Shown here: positions 20,436 to 30,985 of the stretch, in pieces
Layout: every line of letters begins with the position of its first letter
Position numbering within the stretch: position 1 is the first letter of the stretch
Assembly (NCBI GenBank): GCA_963845535.1
Contig: CAWJSK010000014.1
Location: forward strand, 64,001-128,000
DNA from: an uncultured Spirochaetota bacterium
GTDB taxonomy: Bacteria; Spirochaetota; Spirochaetia; SZUA-6; Fen-1364
Direction: 5' to 3'
Length of the DNA: 64,000 bases
Notes under the pieces: model-generated
Told to the model about the DNA's origin: nothing
The model's database searches: none
Seen by the model: only the letters and a program-made list of their open reading frames with translations
Program-made: the position numbers and the translations under genes

Positions 20436-22598
20436 ATCAGCCCCACATTCCGTTCAGTCTGCCCTTACGACTGCCCCGACGCCTGCGGCCTTTTGGTGGA
20501 GGTGAAAGACGACACCGCGGTCAAGGTAATGGGAGATCCCGAGCATCCCTACACCCGAGGCACGCTATGCCCCAAGATGCGGCACTACGAGAGGACCGTT
20601 CACTCGCCCCTGCGGCTTACCACCCCGCTTCGAAGGGCAGGGCCGAAAGGGGGAGGGAGCTTCACCCCCATAAGCTGGGAGGAAGCTGTTCGGCTGATTA
20701 CCGTTCGATGGAAGGAAATCATCAGGGACCATGGCGCCGAGGCCATCCTTCCGTACTCGTATGCGGGAACCATGGGCACCGTCCAGCGCAATTGCGGCCA
20801 CGCTTTCTTTCACCGGTTGGGGGCTTCCCGCCTTGCCCGCACCATCTGCTCGCCGGCCAAGGATGCGGGATGGGAGGCGGTCATGGGGCACACCCCGGCG
20901 CCTCGCCCTGAGGAGGTCGAGAAAAGCGACCTGGTGGTGCTCTGGGGGATCAATGCCGCCGCAACGAGCATCCATTTCCTTCGCGGAGTGCAGGCGGCGC
21001 GCGCGCGAGGCGCTTCGGTATGGCTGATCGAGACGTACCGCACCCCGACCTCCTCTGTCGCTGACACGGTCATCCTTGTGCGGCCGGGAACTGACGGCGC
21101 GCTGGCCCTTGGCATGATGAATGTCCTGGACGCGCGTGGTCTCATTGACCGGGAGTTCATCTCGGAGCGCGTCCACGGCTACAAGGAGTTTGCGCGAGAG
21201 GTGCTTCCCCGGTACACGCCGATGGCGGTGAGCGAAATCACCGGGCTGCCTTCCGCCCAGGTCATCGATCTGGCCGTCGCGTTCGGCAAGGCTGCGGCGC
21301 CGTTCATCCGGCTCGGCAGCGGCCTTTCCCGCTACGGCAACGGAGCCATGACCGTCAGATGCATTTCCGCCTTGCCCGCCGTCGTGGGAGCTTACGGAAA
21401 ACCGGGGGCCGGACTCTTCCACGGAACGAGCACGGGCTCGGCATTTGAAATGGAGGAGGTCACGCGGGAAGACTTCATGAGCGCGCAGACCCGGATCATC
21501 AACATGAACAGGCTGGGTCACGCGCTCCGTGATCTCGATCATCCCCGGGTCATGAGCCTGTACGTATATCACTCGAACCCCGCCGCCGTGGCCCCGGATC
21601 AGAACGCGGTCCTGCGGGGGCTTTCCCGGGATGACCTTTTCACCGTGGTCCACGAGCGCTTTCTGACCGACACCGCGCGCTTTGCGGACGTCGTCCTTCC
21701 CGCCACGACGTCACTCGAGCACGCCGACATCTACAGGTCCTACGGAACGTACCTCATCCAGCGTGCCAGGCCGGCCATCCCTCCCGTCGGGCAGAGCAAG
21801 TCCAATTGGGACGTTTTCCGCCTCCTCGCAGAAGCCTTTGGGTTTGAAGACCCCTATTTCCGCCAGAGCGCGGATGATCTCATCGAACGACTCCTCCAGA
21901 TCAGACGGCCCCTGCGGGAAGGGATCGACACGAAAGCTCTTGCCGCGGGTAAGGCGGTGGAGCTGCGCGTTCCGAGCTTCGGCCCGCCTTTTGCAACACC
22001 CTCCGGTAAAGCGGAGCTCTTGAATCCCCAGGACTCCGAGCCTTTTCCCCGCTGGCTTCCGCCTTACGAGGCGCAGGGGGAGCGTCCCTTGCGTCTGATG
22101 ACGGCCCCTACTCCGTACGCCTTGAACGCTTCCTTCTATGAGCAGGACGAGCTGCGGAGGAAACAAGGGGGCATGCGCCTCCTCATGAATCCGCGGGATG
22201 CCGCGGAGCGCGGGTTGGCGGACGGCCAGCGCGCGTGCGCCTTCAACGGAAACGGAGAAGCGGTTTTCGAGCTGGCTGTCACCGAGAAGACACCGCGCGG
22301 AGTGGTGGTGGCCGAAGGCGTGTGGTGGCTGGCGTATGCGCCGGGGAAACGAGGCGTGAACGCGCTTACCTCCCAGCGACTCACGGACCGCGGGGAAGGA
22401 AGCACGTTCTACGACAACACCGTGGAGGTGCGCTCAAGCCCCGACGCAGACCCGCACGCGCTCTGCACCCCGCCCCGACGCAGACCCGCACGCGCTCAGC
22501 TGCACCCCGTGGTGGAGCCGCAGGTGTCGCAGCGCATGCACGTGCCGTTCCTGATGAGCGTGAAGTGGCCGCACACGGGGCAGCCGTCTCCCTCGTAG
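20436..22598 (+). CDS. Cytoplasmic molybdopterin oxidoreductase (DMSO reductase superfamily, YoaE/YyaE-like)
   Basis: CPYDCPDAC...GTLCPK [4Fe-4S] motif, [18 protein letters not shown]; start uncertain (ATC after GGAGGT). Confidence 0.9.
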   Translation: MSPTFRSVCPYDCPDACGLLVEVKDDTAVKVMGDPEHPYTRGTLCPKMRHYERTVHSPLRLTTPLRRAGPKGGGSFTPISWEEAVRLITVRWKEIIRDHGAEAILPYSYAGTMGTVQRNCGHAFFHRLGASRLARTICSPAKDAGWEAVMGHTPAPRPEEVEKSDLVVLWGINAAATSIHFLRGVQAARARGASVWLIETYRTPTSSVADTVILVRPGTDGALALGMMNVLDARGLIDREFISERVHGYKEFAREVLPRYTPMAVSEITGLPSAQVIDLAVAFGKAAAPFIRLGSGLSRYGNGAMTVRCISALPAVVGAYGKPGAGLFHGTSTGSAFEMEEVTREDFMSAQTRIINMNRLGHALRDLDHPRVMSLYVYHSNPAAVAPDQNAVLRGLSRDDLFTVVHERFLTDTARFADVVLPATTSLEHADIYRSYGTYLIQRARPAIPPVGQSKSNWDVFRLLAEAFGFEDPYFRQSADDLIERLLQIRRPLREGIDTKALAAGKAVELRVPSFGPPFATPSGKAELLNPQDSEPFPRWLPPYEAQGERPLRLMTAPTPYALNASFYEQDELRRKQGGMRLLMNPRDAAERGLADGQRACAFNGNGEAVFELAVTEKTPRGVVVAEGVWWLAYAPGKRGVNALTSQRLTDRGEGSTFYDNTVEVRSSPDADPHALCTPPRRRPARAQLHPVVEPQVSQRMHVPFLMSVKWPHTGQPSPS
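22438..22509. repeat. Tandem duplication with 34-bp period at the junction of convergent genes
   Basis: gccccgacgcagacccgcacgcgctc at 22438-22463 and 22472-22497, each followed by tgcaccccg (the second after a 3-nt agc insert). Confidence 0.85.
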
Positions 22599-25500
22599 CC
22601 TTTCATCCTGGCCACGTGCACCTCGTTGTCCAACGCCACGAGCTCCCCGTTGCCGTTCCCGTTCATCTCATGCTTCGAGCTGCCGTTCTTGTTCATGGCG
22701 GTGGGCGCCAGGTCATCAGGCTTCACCTGGACCAGGTCCGTCCTGCCAAGATATGACAGGGCAAGGTCCCGGAAAATGAAATCCAGCACCGAGGTGGTCA
22801 TCTTGATGTGGTCATGACCGCTGACAATGCCGTTGGGCTCGAACCGCGTGAAGGTGAACGCATCCACGAACTCCTCCAGTGGCACCCCGTACTGGAGCCC
22901 CAGGGAGACGGCGATTGCGAAACTGTTGAGAAGGGAACGGAAAGCCGCGCCCTCCTTGTGCATGTCGAGGAAAATCTCCCCCAGCGTCCCATCCTCATAT
23001 TGCCCGGTACGAACGAAGATGCTGTGCCCGCCGATCTTCGCTTTCTGCGTGTACCCGAACCGTTTCGAGGGCAGGGGGTTGCGCTTCTTTCCCCGTGTTG
23101 CCGAAGAGGGGGCAAGGCTGATCGTTTCCTTGCCGGCATCCTTCATGATGGCAAGCACGGCTTCCGCCGTTGCGTCGGACCCCGGCATCAGCGCGGAGAG
23201 GGGCTGGCTCAGCTTCGAGCCGTCGCGGTACAGCGCAATTGCCTTGAGCATCTTGTTCCAGGACAGAAGGTACGCGCCCTTGATGTCGTCCACCGTGGAC
23301 GCCGACGGCATGTTGATGGTCTTGGAAATTGCCCCTGAGATGAAAGGCTGGACTGACGCCATCATTTCGATGTGGGCTTTCCAGGCAATGGAGCGCTTTC
23401 CGATCCTGCCGTTGGGAGTGGCGGTGTCGAACACCGCGTAGTGCTCAGTGGCCAGATGCGGCGCTCCTTCTATGGTCATGGTCCCGCACGCCCAGAGGTT
23501 TGTTGCCTCGATCTCCTTTGCCGTGAAGCCCAAATGCGCCACAAGGTTGAACCCCGGCAGGGAGAACGTGGCCTCGGGAATCTGGAGCGTTTCAGCGAGG
23601 AACTCCTTGCCCAGCACATTGGGCTGGAAGGAGTAGTCGATGGAGAAAGCGTTGGCAAGGGACGTGTTGATCTTCTGGATTTCGGTGTCGCTGAACCCTT
23701 TCTCCCGCAGCTTCTCGGATGAGACTCCGGGTGCGCCGTCCAACGTGCCGCGACCCAGGCAGTAGCGTTCGATGTCCTGAATCTGATCGTCACTGTAGCC
23801 CAGCTTGTGGAGCGCCGGCGGGATGGAGGTGTTGATGATCTTGAAGTAGCCTCCGCCGGCCAGCTTCTTGAACTTCACCAGGCTGAAATCCGGCTCCACC
23901 CCCGTTGTGTCGCAGTCCATGACGAGGCCGATGGTCCCCGTGGGGGCAATGGCCGTGACCTGCGCGTTTCGATACCCGTACTTCTCACCCAGGGCAAGTG
24001 CCTTGTCCCATGCGCGTCGGGCGGCTGCCATCAGGTCAGGCGGGCAGAACAGCGCATCGATGGGTTGGGGAATGACCGACAGAGCCTCGTACTCTTCCGG
24101 CGCCGCTCCATAGGCGGCCCTTCCGTGGTTCCTGATGACGCGGAGCATGTCCTCACGGTTGGCCGCGTAACGAGGGAAGGCCCCCAGCTCCGCCGCCATC
24201 TCCGCCGAGGTTGCGTAGGCTTCCGCGGAAAGGATGGCGGAGATGGCGGCCGCAATGGCGCGGCCTTCCGCGCTGTCGTACGGGATGCCCATGACCATGA
24301 GGAGCGTCCCGAGGTTGGCGTACCCGAGCCCGAGGGTTCGGAAATCGAAGCTTTTGCGGGCGATCTCCCGCGCGGGAAACTGCGCCATGAGCACGCTGAT
24401 CTCCAGCGTGATGGTCCACAGGCGAATGGCATGGCGAAGCTCCTCAATGCGGACCTCACCCTTCTCAACGTCGTAGAAGGTCATGAGGTTGAGCGACGCG
24501 AGGTTGCACGCCGTGTCATCCAGGAACATGTATTCCGAGCACGGGTTGGAGGCCCGTATCTCCCCGTCCTTGGGGCAGGTATGCCAGTCGTTGACGGTGG
24601 TGTGAAACTGCAGGCCGGGGTCCGCGCAGAGCCATGCCGCGGTTGCAATCCGGTCCCAGATCTCCCGGGCGCGTATCTTCTGGCGGGACTTGCCGTCCGT
24701 GCGGTTGACCAGCTCCCACCACCCGTCGTCCATCACCGCTTTCATGAACACGTCAGACAGGCGCAGCGAGTTGTTGGAGGACTGGCCGCTCACCGTGTTG
24801 TACGCTTCGCTGTCCCAGTCGGTGGTGTACTCCTCCGGCTCGAAGTCCCAGATCCCCTGCTCCGCGAGCTGGATCACCTGGAACACCCATGAGGGCGGGA
24901 CCTCGTCCTGGAGCGCTTCCCGCACGGACCGTTCCAGCTCTTTGTTTTTCTTGGGGTCGAACCGGGCGGCGCCATCCCCGTTTTCCGAGTCCTGGCCCTT
25001 GCACGCTTCGAGGAGGCGTTTGGTGTGCTTGCGCAGAAGCCTGCTGCCGGTGACCATGGCGGCCACCTTGCGCTCTTCCTGCGCTTTCCAATCGATGTAT
25101 TTCAGGACATCGGGGTGGTCCGCGTCCAGCGTAACCATGCGCGCTGCGCGCCGCGTGGTTCCGCCGCTCTTGATGGATGATGCTGACCTGTCGCTCACCT
25201 TGAGGAACGACAGGAGGCCTGAGGAGACGCCGCCTCCGGAAAGCGGCTCGCTGGAAGCGCGCAGCTTGGAGTAGTTCGTGCCGGTCCCCGACCCGTACTT
25301 GAACAGGCGGGCCTCCCGGGTGATGAGGTCCATGATGCCGCCCTCGTTCACCAGGTCATCCTCGATGGAGAGGATGAAACAGTTGTGGACGATGACGTTG
25401 TTGGAAAGATACTGCCCGCTCAGAGTCTGGATGTCGTAGACGCGCTGGAGCCCGGCGAACTCGAGCCGAATCACGGCTTCCTCACGCAGGGCCGGCATCG

Positions 25501-26392
25501 TGGCGACAGTTCGAGACACAAGCGCGGCCTCAATCGCCGAACCTCTGATCCCGACTAGCGAGTTCTGAACTTCGCTGGCGGTGGACAGCTGGAGGCGCAT
25601 GCCCGGCTCGAGCTCGTCGACCTGCACCCATTGCGCCTCACCGCGTCGCTCACGTGAAGCAAGCAGGAGGTGGTCACCGGTGGCCTCGACAGCGGTCCCG
25701 TTCTTGAGCACGACGCGGAAAACGGGCTTGATCCCATTCTCCTTGACCGCGATGACGCGCGTTGTGCCTTTTCCCTCATCAGTCCCGTCGTAGACCTCGA
25801 GGCCGATCAAGCCTCCGTCAACGATCGAACCAATGGCCACTGGCCCGAAAGGAGTCGACACGGGAGCATGCCAGGGTTGGCACGCGTGGGGTTGCGGGCG
25901 TTCATACGCGCTGGTGGACTTCTTCACCTCCGCGGTCTTGGGGTCCACGTAGTAGTGACCCTGGGCAGGGCCGTTGATCCCGTAGACGGCGAACAGACCC
26001 GTGTTGAACCACTGCGGCGAGTTGGGCGAGCCCATCTGCCGGGCCAGCATGAAGCACATCTCGTCGTAGTAGGCCTGCGCGTCTTCCGCGGTGGAGAAGT
26101 AGCCGTACTTCTTCCCCCAGTCCATCCACGTGAAAGCGAGGCGATGGAAGACCTGCCGGGCGTCGTTCTCACCGCCCGTGCCGCCCTCTTTCAGGGGCAC
26201 ACCACGCTTTCTGAAATACTTCTGGGCAAGAATGTCCGTGGCGATCTGCGACCAGAACGACGGGACAACGACGTTCTCCTGGCGGAAGATATGCTTTCCG
26301 TCAGGGTTTCGGATCTCTGAGGTGCGCGTCTCGAAGGCTATATCTTTATACGGGGATTCCCCCGCTTTCGTGAAGCGCCGTTCAATCTCCAT
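22496..26392 (-). CDS. nrdJ: Vitamin B12-dependent (class II) ribonucleotide reductase containing an intein
   Basis: [39 protein letters not shown]-terminal [12 protein letters not shown]. Confidence 0.96.
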   Translation of the reverse strand: MEIERRFTKAGESPYKDIAFETRTSEIRNPDGKHIFRQENVVVPSFWSQIATDILAQKYFRKRGVPLKEGGTGGENDARQVFHRLAFTWMDWGKKYGYFSTAEDAQAYYDEMCFMLARQMGSPNSPQWFNTGLFAVYGINGPAQGHYYVDPKTAEVKKSTSAYERPQPHACQPWHAPVSTPFGPVAIGSIVDGGLIGLEVYDGTDEGKGTTRVIAVKENGIKPVFRVVLKNGTAVEATGDHLLLASRERRGEAQWVQVDELEPGMRLQLSTASEVQNSLVGIRGSAIEAALVSRTVATMPALREEAVIRLEFAGLQRVYDIQTLSGQYLSNNVIVHNCFILSIEDDLVNEGGIMDLITREARLFKYGSGTGTNYSKLRASSEPLSGGGVSSGLLSFLKVSDRSASSIKSGGTTRRAARMVTLDADHPDVLKYIDWKAQEERKVAAMVTGSRLLRKHTKRLLEACKGQDSENGDGAARFDPKKNKELERSVREALQDEVPPSWVFQVIQLAEQGIWDFEPEEYTTDWDSEAYNTVSGQSSNNSLRLSDVFMKAVMDDGWWELVNRTDGKSRQKIRAREIWDRIATAAWLCADPGLQFHTTVNDWHTCPKDGEIRASNPCSEYMFLDDTACNLASLNLMTFYDVEKGEVRIEELRHAIRLWTITLEISVLMAQFPAREIARKSFDFRTLGLGYANLGTLLMVMGIPYDSAEGRAIAAAISAILSAEAYATSAEMAAELGAFPRYAANREDMLRVIRNHGRAAYGAAPEEYEALSVIPQPIDALFCPPDLMAAARRAWDKALALGEKYGYRNAQVTAIAPTGTIGLVMDCDTTGVEPDFSLVKFKKLAGGGYFKIINTSIPPALHKLGYSDDQIQDIERYCLGRGTLDGAPGVSSEKLREKGFSDTEIQKINTSLANAFSIDYSFQPNVLGKEFLAETLQIPEATFSLPGFNLVAHLGFTAKEIEATNLWACGTMTIEGAPHLATEHYAVFDTATPNGRIGKRSIAWKAHIEMMASVQPFISGAISKTINMPSASTVDDIKGAYLLSWNKMLKAIALYRDGSKLSQPLSALMPGSDATAEAVLAIMKDAGKETISLAPSSATRGKKRNPLPSKRFGYTQKAKIGGHSIFVRTGQYEDGTLGEIFLDMHKEGAAFRSLLNSFAIAVSLGLQYGVPLEEFVDAFTFTRFEPNGIVSGHDHIKMTTSVLDFIFRDLALSYLGRTDLVQVKPDDLAPTAMNKNGSSKHEMNGNGNGELVALDNEVHVARMKGYEGDGCPVCGHFTLIRNGTCMRCDTCGSTTGCS
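25382..25882 (-). mobile_element. Mini-intein (167 aa, no homing endonuclease) in NrdJ
   Basis: Starts at C(QPW), block B ATGDHLL, block F VYDIQT, ends VHN followed by Cys; removal restores QPHA-CFILS. Confidence 0.95.
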
Positions 26393-26467
26393 AGTTCCCC
26401 TCCGCTGGAAATTCGGCGAAATAGAGTACTAGTGTAACCGATGGGCATTAGGCAGGCAAGAGGAAAA

Positions 26468-28129
26468 TCACTTTTGGCGGAAAATCTCGAGAGGGTGACC
26501 ACCGGGAAGACCGCCGGCAGCCCGCAGCCTGGTGTCCAGCGCGTCAAAGGAGTCGAGGAACGAATGAGGATGTTCGGCCAGGAGGCGCCGGGCCAGCGCC
26601 GCAGACTCCCCACCCCCCGATTTCATGCGCGAAAGAGTCAGTGACTGGAAGGCTTCCACCTCCTCACGTTCCTGCTGGAAGAGGTAGGCCTGGAACTCGT
26701 TGACCACGAGGTAGTGGTCCGTGGCGTCATACGCCTTCGAGGACAGGTAGGTCCTCCAGATATCCTGCTCCACGGGGGAAAGGGATTCCCAGACCGCCTC
26801 CGTCCCATCACGGAACTGCGGCAGGGAGAAGAACTCACCGTGGGCGCTCTCATGGGTCAGGAGCAGTTGGCGCAGGGCGGGGGGAGAGCTGCGGGAGATC
26901 GATATCACGGCCCCCTCGCCAGGTTCGAAGCCTCCGGAGGTCTTGCGAATCAGGTCGTTGGCTTCAAGGATTTGCTCCAGCCGCGACTCCCCGGGAGTGA
27001 GGGATATGCCCTGCCGGGCTGCTTCCGCAAAGAACCTCGCAAGATCTTCGGCCCGGTAGTCGTGGGCATTGTATCCGTGCCTTCCGGCCAGCGCGGACGG
27101 ATCTTCGATCCGTCCTCGGTAGCCCGCCTTTTCAACGAAGTACGCCATGCGCTTGAACAGGTCGCTCTGGACGTCATAGCTGGCCGTGTCGAAGATCAAC
27201 ACATGGGGAAACGCGTCCCAGGAAAAAACCTCGAAATCGGGGCTGCGCCACGTGGACCTGTCCCAATCCAGGATCATGCCGGGAGCGGCCGGAATGGGGG
27301 CGTCGACGGGGACGAAGGAGATGTCGAGCCTCTCCACCGGGAGCCGGGAGGATATCTCCTGAGGCAGGAAACCCATGCTGCCCCGCGCAAATACCAGGCT
27401 GGAGGGCTTGGCCGCCTGGTCCGCCCGGTCCACCGAGAAAAGAGCTTCGTCTCCGTTGCTTGAAACAAAACGGATCAGACCTTGCTGATCTCGCGATTCG
27501 GAGCCCGCCCCCATGCCAAGCCTGATGGCCCAGATCCCCTGCGCCATTTCTTCCTGGGTGGCTTTCAGGATCCGCGCGGAGACGCCATCCGGCCCGACCG
27601 CGGTCACCTCCACGCTGCCGTCCACGGTGAGCCCCTCAGCGGTGACCTCGAAGCCATGGACAAAGGGCCCCGTCCCCGCGGCCAGGAGATGAAGGGACTG
27701 GCCGGCCTCCGCGGCGCCGGGGACGCTGAGCTGGTATCCCCATATCCTGTCACCTTCGGAGAGAGGAACCAGGAACCTGAGGGAAGTGCCCTCTGATGCC
27801 GGAAGCTGAACGCTTCGAAGCACCGTATTCCTGTCCGAGAAGATCGAGAGCATGCAGTTCGGGAGCGAGCTCGTGTACGAGAGCCCGAAGGCTTGTCGGG
27901 GACCCGCGACTCCTACCGTGCGGCTCAGGCTGTAGAGGGGGCTGGAAAGCCGTGCGGCAGTCGGGGCGAATACGGTCTCCTGGTCAGGGCTTCTGCCGGG
28001 CGACTGCCTGATCTCGACGCGGTCCCCTGCGGCCGTAACGAACGGAAAGCTCTGGAACCTGGCCGCGCACCCAGCCAGGAGAAGGGCGAATGCGGCTGCG
28101 AGGAAGCCCAGGGCAGCGGTCCGCTTCAA
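26468..28129 (-). CDS. Hypothetical lipoprotein with HExxH motif
   Basis: Lipobox LAGC; LLTHESAHG and downstream VVNEFQAY. Confidence 0.7.
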   Translation of the reverse strand: MKRTAALGFLAAAFALLLAGCAARFQSFPFVTAAGDRVEIRQSPGRSPDQETVFAPTAARLSSPLYSLSRTVGVAGPRQAFGLSYTSSLPNCMLSIFSDRNTVLRSVQLPASEGTSLRFLVPLSEGDRIWGYQLSVPGAAEAGQSLHLLAAGTGPFVHGFEVTAEGLTVDGSVEVTAVGPDGVSARILKATQEEMAQGIWAIRLGMGAGSESRDQQGLIRFVSSNGDEALFSVDRADQAAKPSSLVFARGSMGFLPQEISSRLPVERLDISFVPVDAPIPAAPGMILDWDRSTWRSPDFEVFSWDAFPHVLIFDTASYDVQSDLFKRMAYFVEKAGYRGRIEDPSALAGRHGYNAHDYRAEDLARFFAEAARQGISLTPGESRLEQILEANDLIRKTSGGFEPGEGAVISISRSSPPALRQLLLTHESAHGEFFSLPQFRDGTEAVWESLSPVEQDIWRTYLSSKAYDATDHYLVVNEFQAYLFQQEREEVEAFQSLTLSRMKSGGGESAALARRLLAEHPHSFLDSFDALDTRLRAAGGLPGGHPLEIFRQK

Positions 28130-28911
28130 TCCTCTTCCTCGACGGCAAGGGGCATGAGGCTGCGGACTATGTGCTGGGCGATCTCGCGCCGCGCCTCCTT
28201 CGAGATGGAACCGATTGGCCGGATGAAGTTGTCCAGCCTTCCCAGGAACCCGTCCGGGAGATGAGGAAGGGTTGCAATGCGATCACTGAGGAGCCGGTCC
28301 GCCGGCTCGAACTGTCGATTCGCGGCAAAGAGGAAGCTTGCCACTCCCCGCATGAGGCGGGCCGCGGATACCAGGAAGAACAGGTCATCCGATCGATGGG
28401 CGGCCGCTCCCAGGTCCACCAGCGCCCGTTCTGCCAACGCGTAGGCGCGAAGACGAGCCTGCCACCAGAACTCGTCGGGCACATGGGCCAGCGCCGCGCG
28501 CGTCTCATCCATCCAGCCTTCCCGGCTGAAAAGCACCTCGCCGCGTTCCAGGCGATACAGCACGTGACTGCCGGGCTCATGGAAGACCCAGTTCTTTTCC
28601 GCTATTCGAAGGAGCATGCGGTCCACTTCCTCCGTGCGGATGTAGTGGGCGCTCACGGGAAGCTCCTCCACCAGGAACCGGTCAATGGTGGCCACCGGGG
28701 AGGTTTCGAACGCCGTCACCTGGGGGACGAGCGCGCTACGCTTGCCGATCTCCGGCATGCCGTCGGATACGTAGACGTCGAGATCTATCGTGAAATAGGG
28801 ATCTGAAACATCGATGTCCGCCGATTCCCCCAGCACGACCGTCTGGACGCACTCTGTGCTGGAAAGGCTCGCGTTCAGGGCATCGGTGATCCGCTGGACC
28901 TTCCGCTTCAT
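28126..28911 (-). CDS. Nucleotidyltransferase-like / DUF4037-type protein
   Basis: LGES...IDLDVY, helical C-domain LFAANRQFEP. Confidence 0.6.
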   Translation of the reverse strand: MKRKVQRITDALNASLSSTECVQTVVLGESADIDVSDPYFTIDLDVYVSDGMPEIGKRSALVPQVTAFETSPVATIDRFLVEELPVSAHYIRTEEVDRMLLRIAEKNWVFHEPGSHVLYRLERGEVLFSREGWMDETRAALAHVPDEFWWQARLRAYALAERALVDLGAAAHRSDDLFFLVSAARLMRGVASFLFAANRQFEPADRLLSDRIATLPHLPDGFLGRLDNFIRPIGSISKEARREIAQHIVRSLMPLAVEEED

Positions 28912-29051
28912 GCCCGCAAGTTTAGCAGGGCGGGCGGAATGAGTACAGTCCGTACTCCGCGTCGCGCCGCGCGGCTCCGCGCAGAGTACTGCGCTAGGCA
29001 GAGTGCTGCGATAGGATTGAGCGCTGGATTGGCCCGTGGTACGATACTTCC

Positions 29052-30443
29052 GTGAAAGAGGGTGGTCCGCTCCACGTCAATCGGCGACGTCTCTGGATTG
29101 CGCTGTTCCCGCTGGCGGCCGCGTGTCTCGGCGCGTCGGCTGCGGCGGCGCTGGGAGTCCGCGGGATTCCCCTCGCGGCCACGGGGATTGCATCCGTCCT
29201 GCTCATGTTCTTCGAGGGCGTCCTGGTTGCCCAGGCCCTTCCCGGTCAGCGGGCCCTTGAGACCCGGGCAATGCAGGTGGAAGCGGTCTGTAACCTCATC
29301 CGAAAAGCCGGCGCATCCCTCGACCTCCAGGAGGTTCTCGACTCCATTACGCGCCTTACCGTTCAGGCCGCGGGAGTGCGGGGTTGTTCCATCAAGCTTC
29401 TGGACCCGGGGCGGGGGAGGATGAGCGTGCGCTCGATTGCCGGGCTGCACAGGCAGGTGGCGGAGTTGAGCGCGGAGGCGGCTGAGAGCATCGCCACGAA
29501 GAGCCTCATGGATGGACGACCCGTGCTGGTGGAGGGCGCCGCCCAGAGCGACTTCCCCGAGCTGGATGGAGAGAGCGAGTCCCTGATCTGCGTTCCGCTT
29601 CGCCATGAGTCCAAGGTGATGGGCGCTCTGTGCGTGTACGGGGAGAAAGGCGGCAAGCTTTCTCCTGAGATGCTTTCCTTCCTTTCACGGCTCGGGGATT
29701 TGGCGGTCCTTTCCATTCAGAACGCCGCGGTGTATGAAACGCTGAAGAAGGTGGACGAAGCCAAGTCCTGGTTCTTGCGCAAAGCTGCCCATGAGCTGGC
29801 TTCCCCGCTCTCCGTCATCCAGGCGGTTGCGCAGAACCTCCTCGGTGGATATCTCGGGGAGCTGGACTCGGCGCAGTTGGGCAGCATTGAAAGGATCCGG
29901 GCAAGGGCCGCAGGCCTGTCCGAAGTGGTTGCGGACCTGCTTGCCCTGGCCCGAGGCAAAGCCCGCACCTCCGCGGACAGGAGCGCAAGCACGGATCTGG
30001 CGGCGTCACTCCGGGAAGCGGTGGATTTCTTTCAGCCCGCGGCCCGGCAGAAGGCGATCCAGCTCATGTGCGAAATTCCTTCTGGAACAATCCGTGTCCT
30101 CGCGTCCCCCGAAGAGACTCATTCCGTCCTCACGAACCTGCTCTCCAACGCCATCAAATACTCTCCGGCGGGACGCGAGGTGCGCGTGAGCCTTGCCCCG
30201 TGCGATGCCAGCGTGGAGCTCTCCGTGGCGGACCAGGGGATCGGGATCCCCGCGGCGGAGAGGGAGAGGCTTTTCAGCGAGTTCTTCCGGGCGTCGAACG
30301 CCCGTTCGTTTACGCAGTCCGGCACGGGGCTCGGCCTGGCCATCGTGAAGACCGTCGTGGAAGGCGCGGGGGGGACGCTCGCGCTGGATAGTGTAGAAGG
30401 GGAGGGCACCACGGTCCGTGTCCGTCTCCCGCGGCCCACATGA
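29052..30443 (+). CDS. Membrane GAF-domain sensor histidine kinase (orphan)
   Basis: Two TMs, GAF (SLICVPL), H-box AHELASPL, N-box NLLSNAIKYS, DQGIGI, GTGLGL. Confidence 0.93.
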   Translation: MKEGGPLHVNRRRLWIALFPLAAACLGASAAAALGVRGIPLAATGIASVLLMFFEGVLVAQALPGQRALETRAMQVEAVCNLIRKAGASLDLQEVLDSITRLTVQAAGVRGCSIKLLDPGRGRMSVRSIAGLHRQVAELSAEAAESIATKSLMDGRPVLVEGAAQSDFPELDGESESLICVPLRHESKVMGALCVYGEKGGKLSPEMLSFLSRLGDLAVLSIQNAAVYETLKKVDEAKSWFLRKAAHELASPLSVIQAVAQNLLGGYLGELDSAQLGSIERIRARAAGLSEVVADLLALARGKARTSADRSASTDLAASLREAVDFFQPAARQKAIQLMCEIPSGTIRVLASPEETHSVLTNLLSNAIKYSPAGREVRVSLAPCDASVELSVADQGIGIPAAERERLFSEFFRASNARSFTQSGTGLGLAIVKTVVEGAGGTLALDSVEGEGTTVRVRLPRPT

Positions 30444-30985
30444 GCCGGACCCTGCTTGCGCTCCTTGCCCCAGGCTCCGTGGAGGCGGAGGTCGGCCGAC
30501 TGCAACAGCGCATTTTCAAAGACCATGGCCTGGTCTCTTCCGTTGCGCTGCCGCCGCTTCTGCCGGTGGCGTTCCTGCCCGACAACGGGCCGCGGCGCGG
30601 CTTCCTTGCCGGTTTGAACGCCGCGGTTACCGCGCCCTATTGCATGACCTTGGCAGGGCTTGCCTGGCACGACGGATGGCTGTACCTGGGGGTGGATTCA
30701 GGCGGCGTATGGACGTCCTTGCGCGCCGCGGCTCTGTCCCCGGCCCACGCTGTCGGTGGGGCGGAAGCGGCCGGCTTTTTCCCCGAGCGCGAGGGTTTTT
30801 TCCTTGGATGCATCGAGGCGGATGCGCGGCAACGTGAGCTGATTCAGCCGCACCTTCCCGAAGGAAGGTTCACGTCTGCCGCTCTTGCCCTGATGCGAAT
30901 CGACGTGGCGGAGGGAGGCGCGTGGTGGCGGGAAGTGCTCATGGAAACTCTGGAGGAAATTCCGCTTCGAGGGAAGCGAAGGTGA
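30440..30985 (+). CDS. Hypothetical protein (possibly degenerate 2H phosphoesterase-like fold)
   Basis: ATGA overlap with the kinase; fold guess is weak. Confidence 0.5.
   Translation: MSRTLLALLAPGSVEAEVGRLQQRIFKDHGLVSSVALPPLLPVAFLPDNGPRRGFLAGLNAAVTAPYCMTLAGLAWHDGWLYLGVDSGGVWTSLRAAALSPAHAVGGAEAAGFFPEREGFFLGCIEADARQRELIQPHLPEGRFTSAALALMRIDVAEGGAWWREVLMETLEEIPLRGKRR

Noticed and set aside
22438..22509. Direct repeats considered as a mini-CRISPR
   Set aside because: Only two copies, an 8-nt spacer that is itself repeated, and no cas genes
26393..26467. Looked for a cobalamin riboswitch or NrdR boxes upstream of nrdJ
   Set aside because: The intergenic region is only 75 bp and has no convincing consensus
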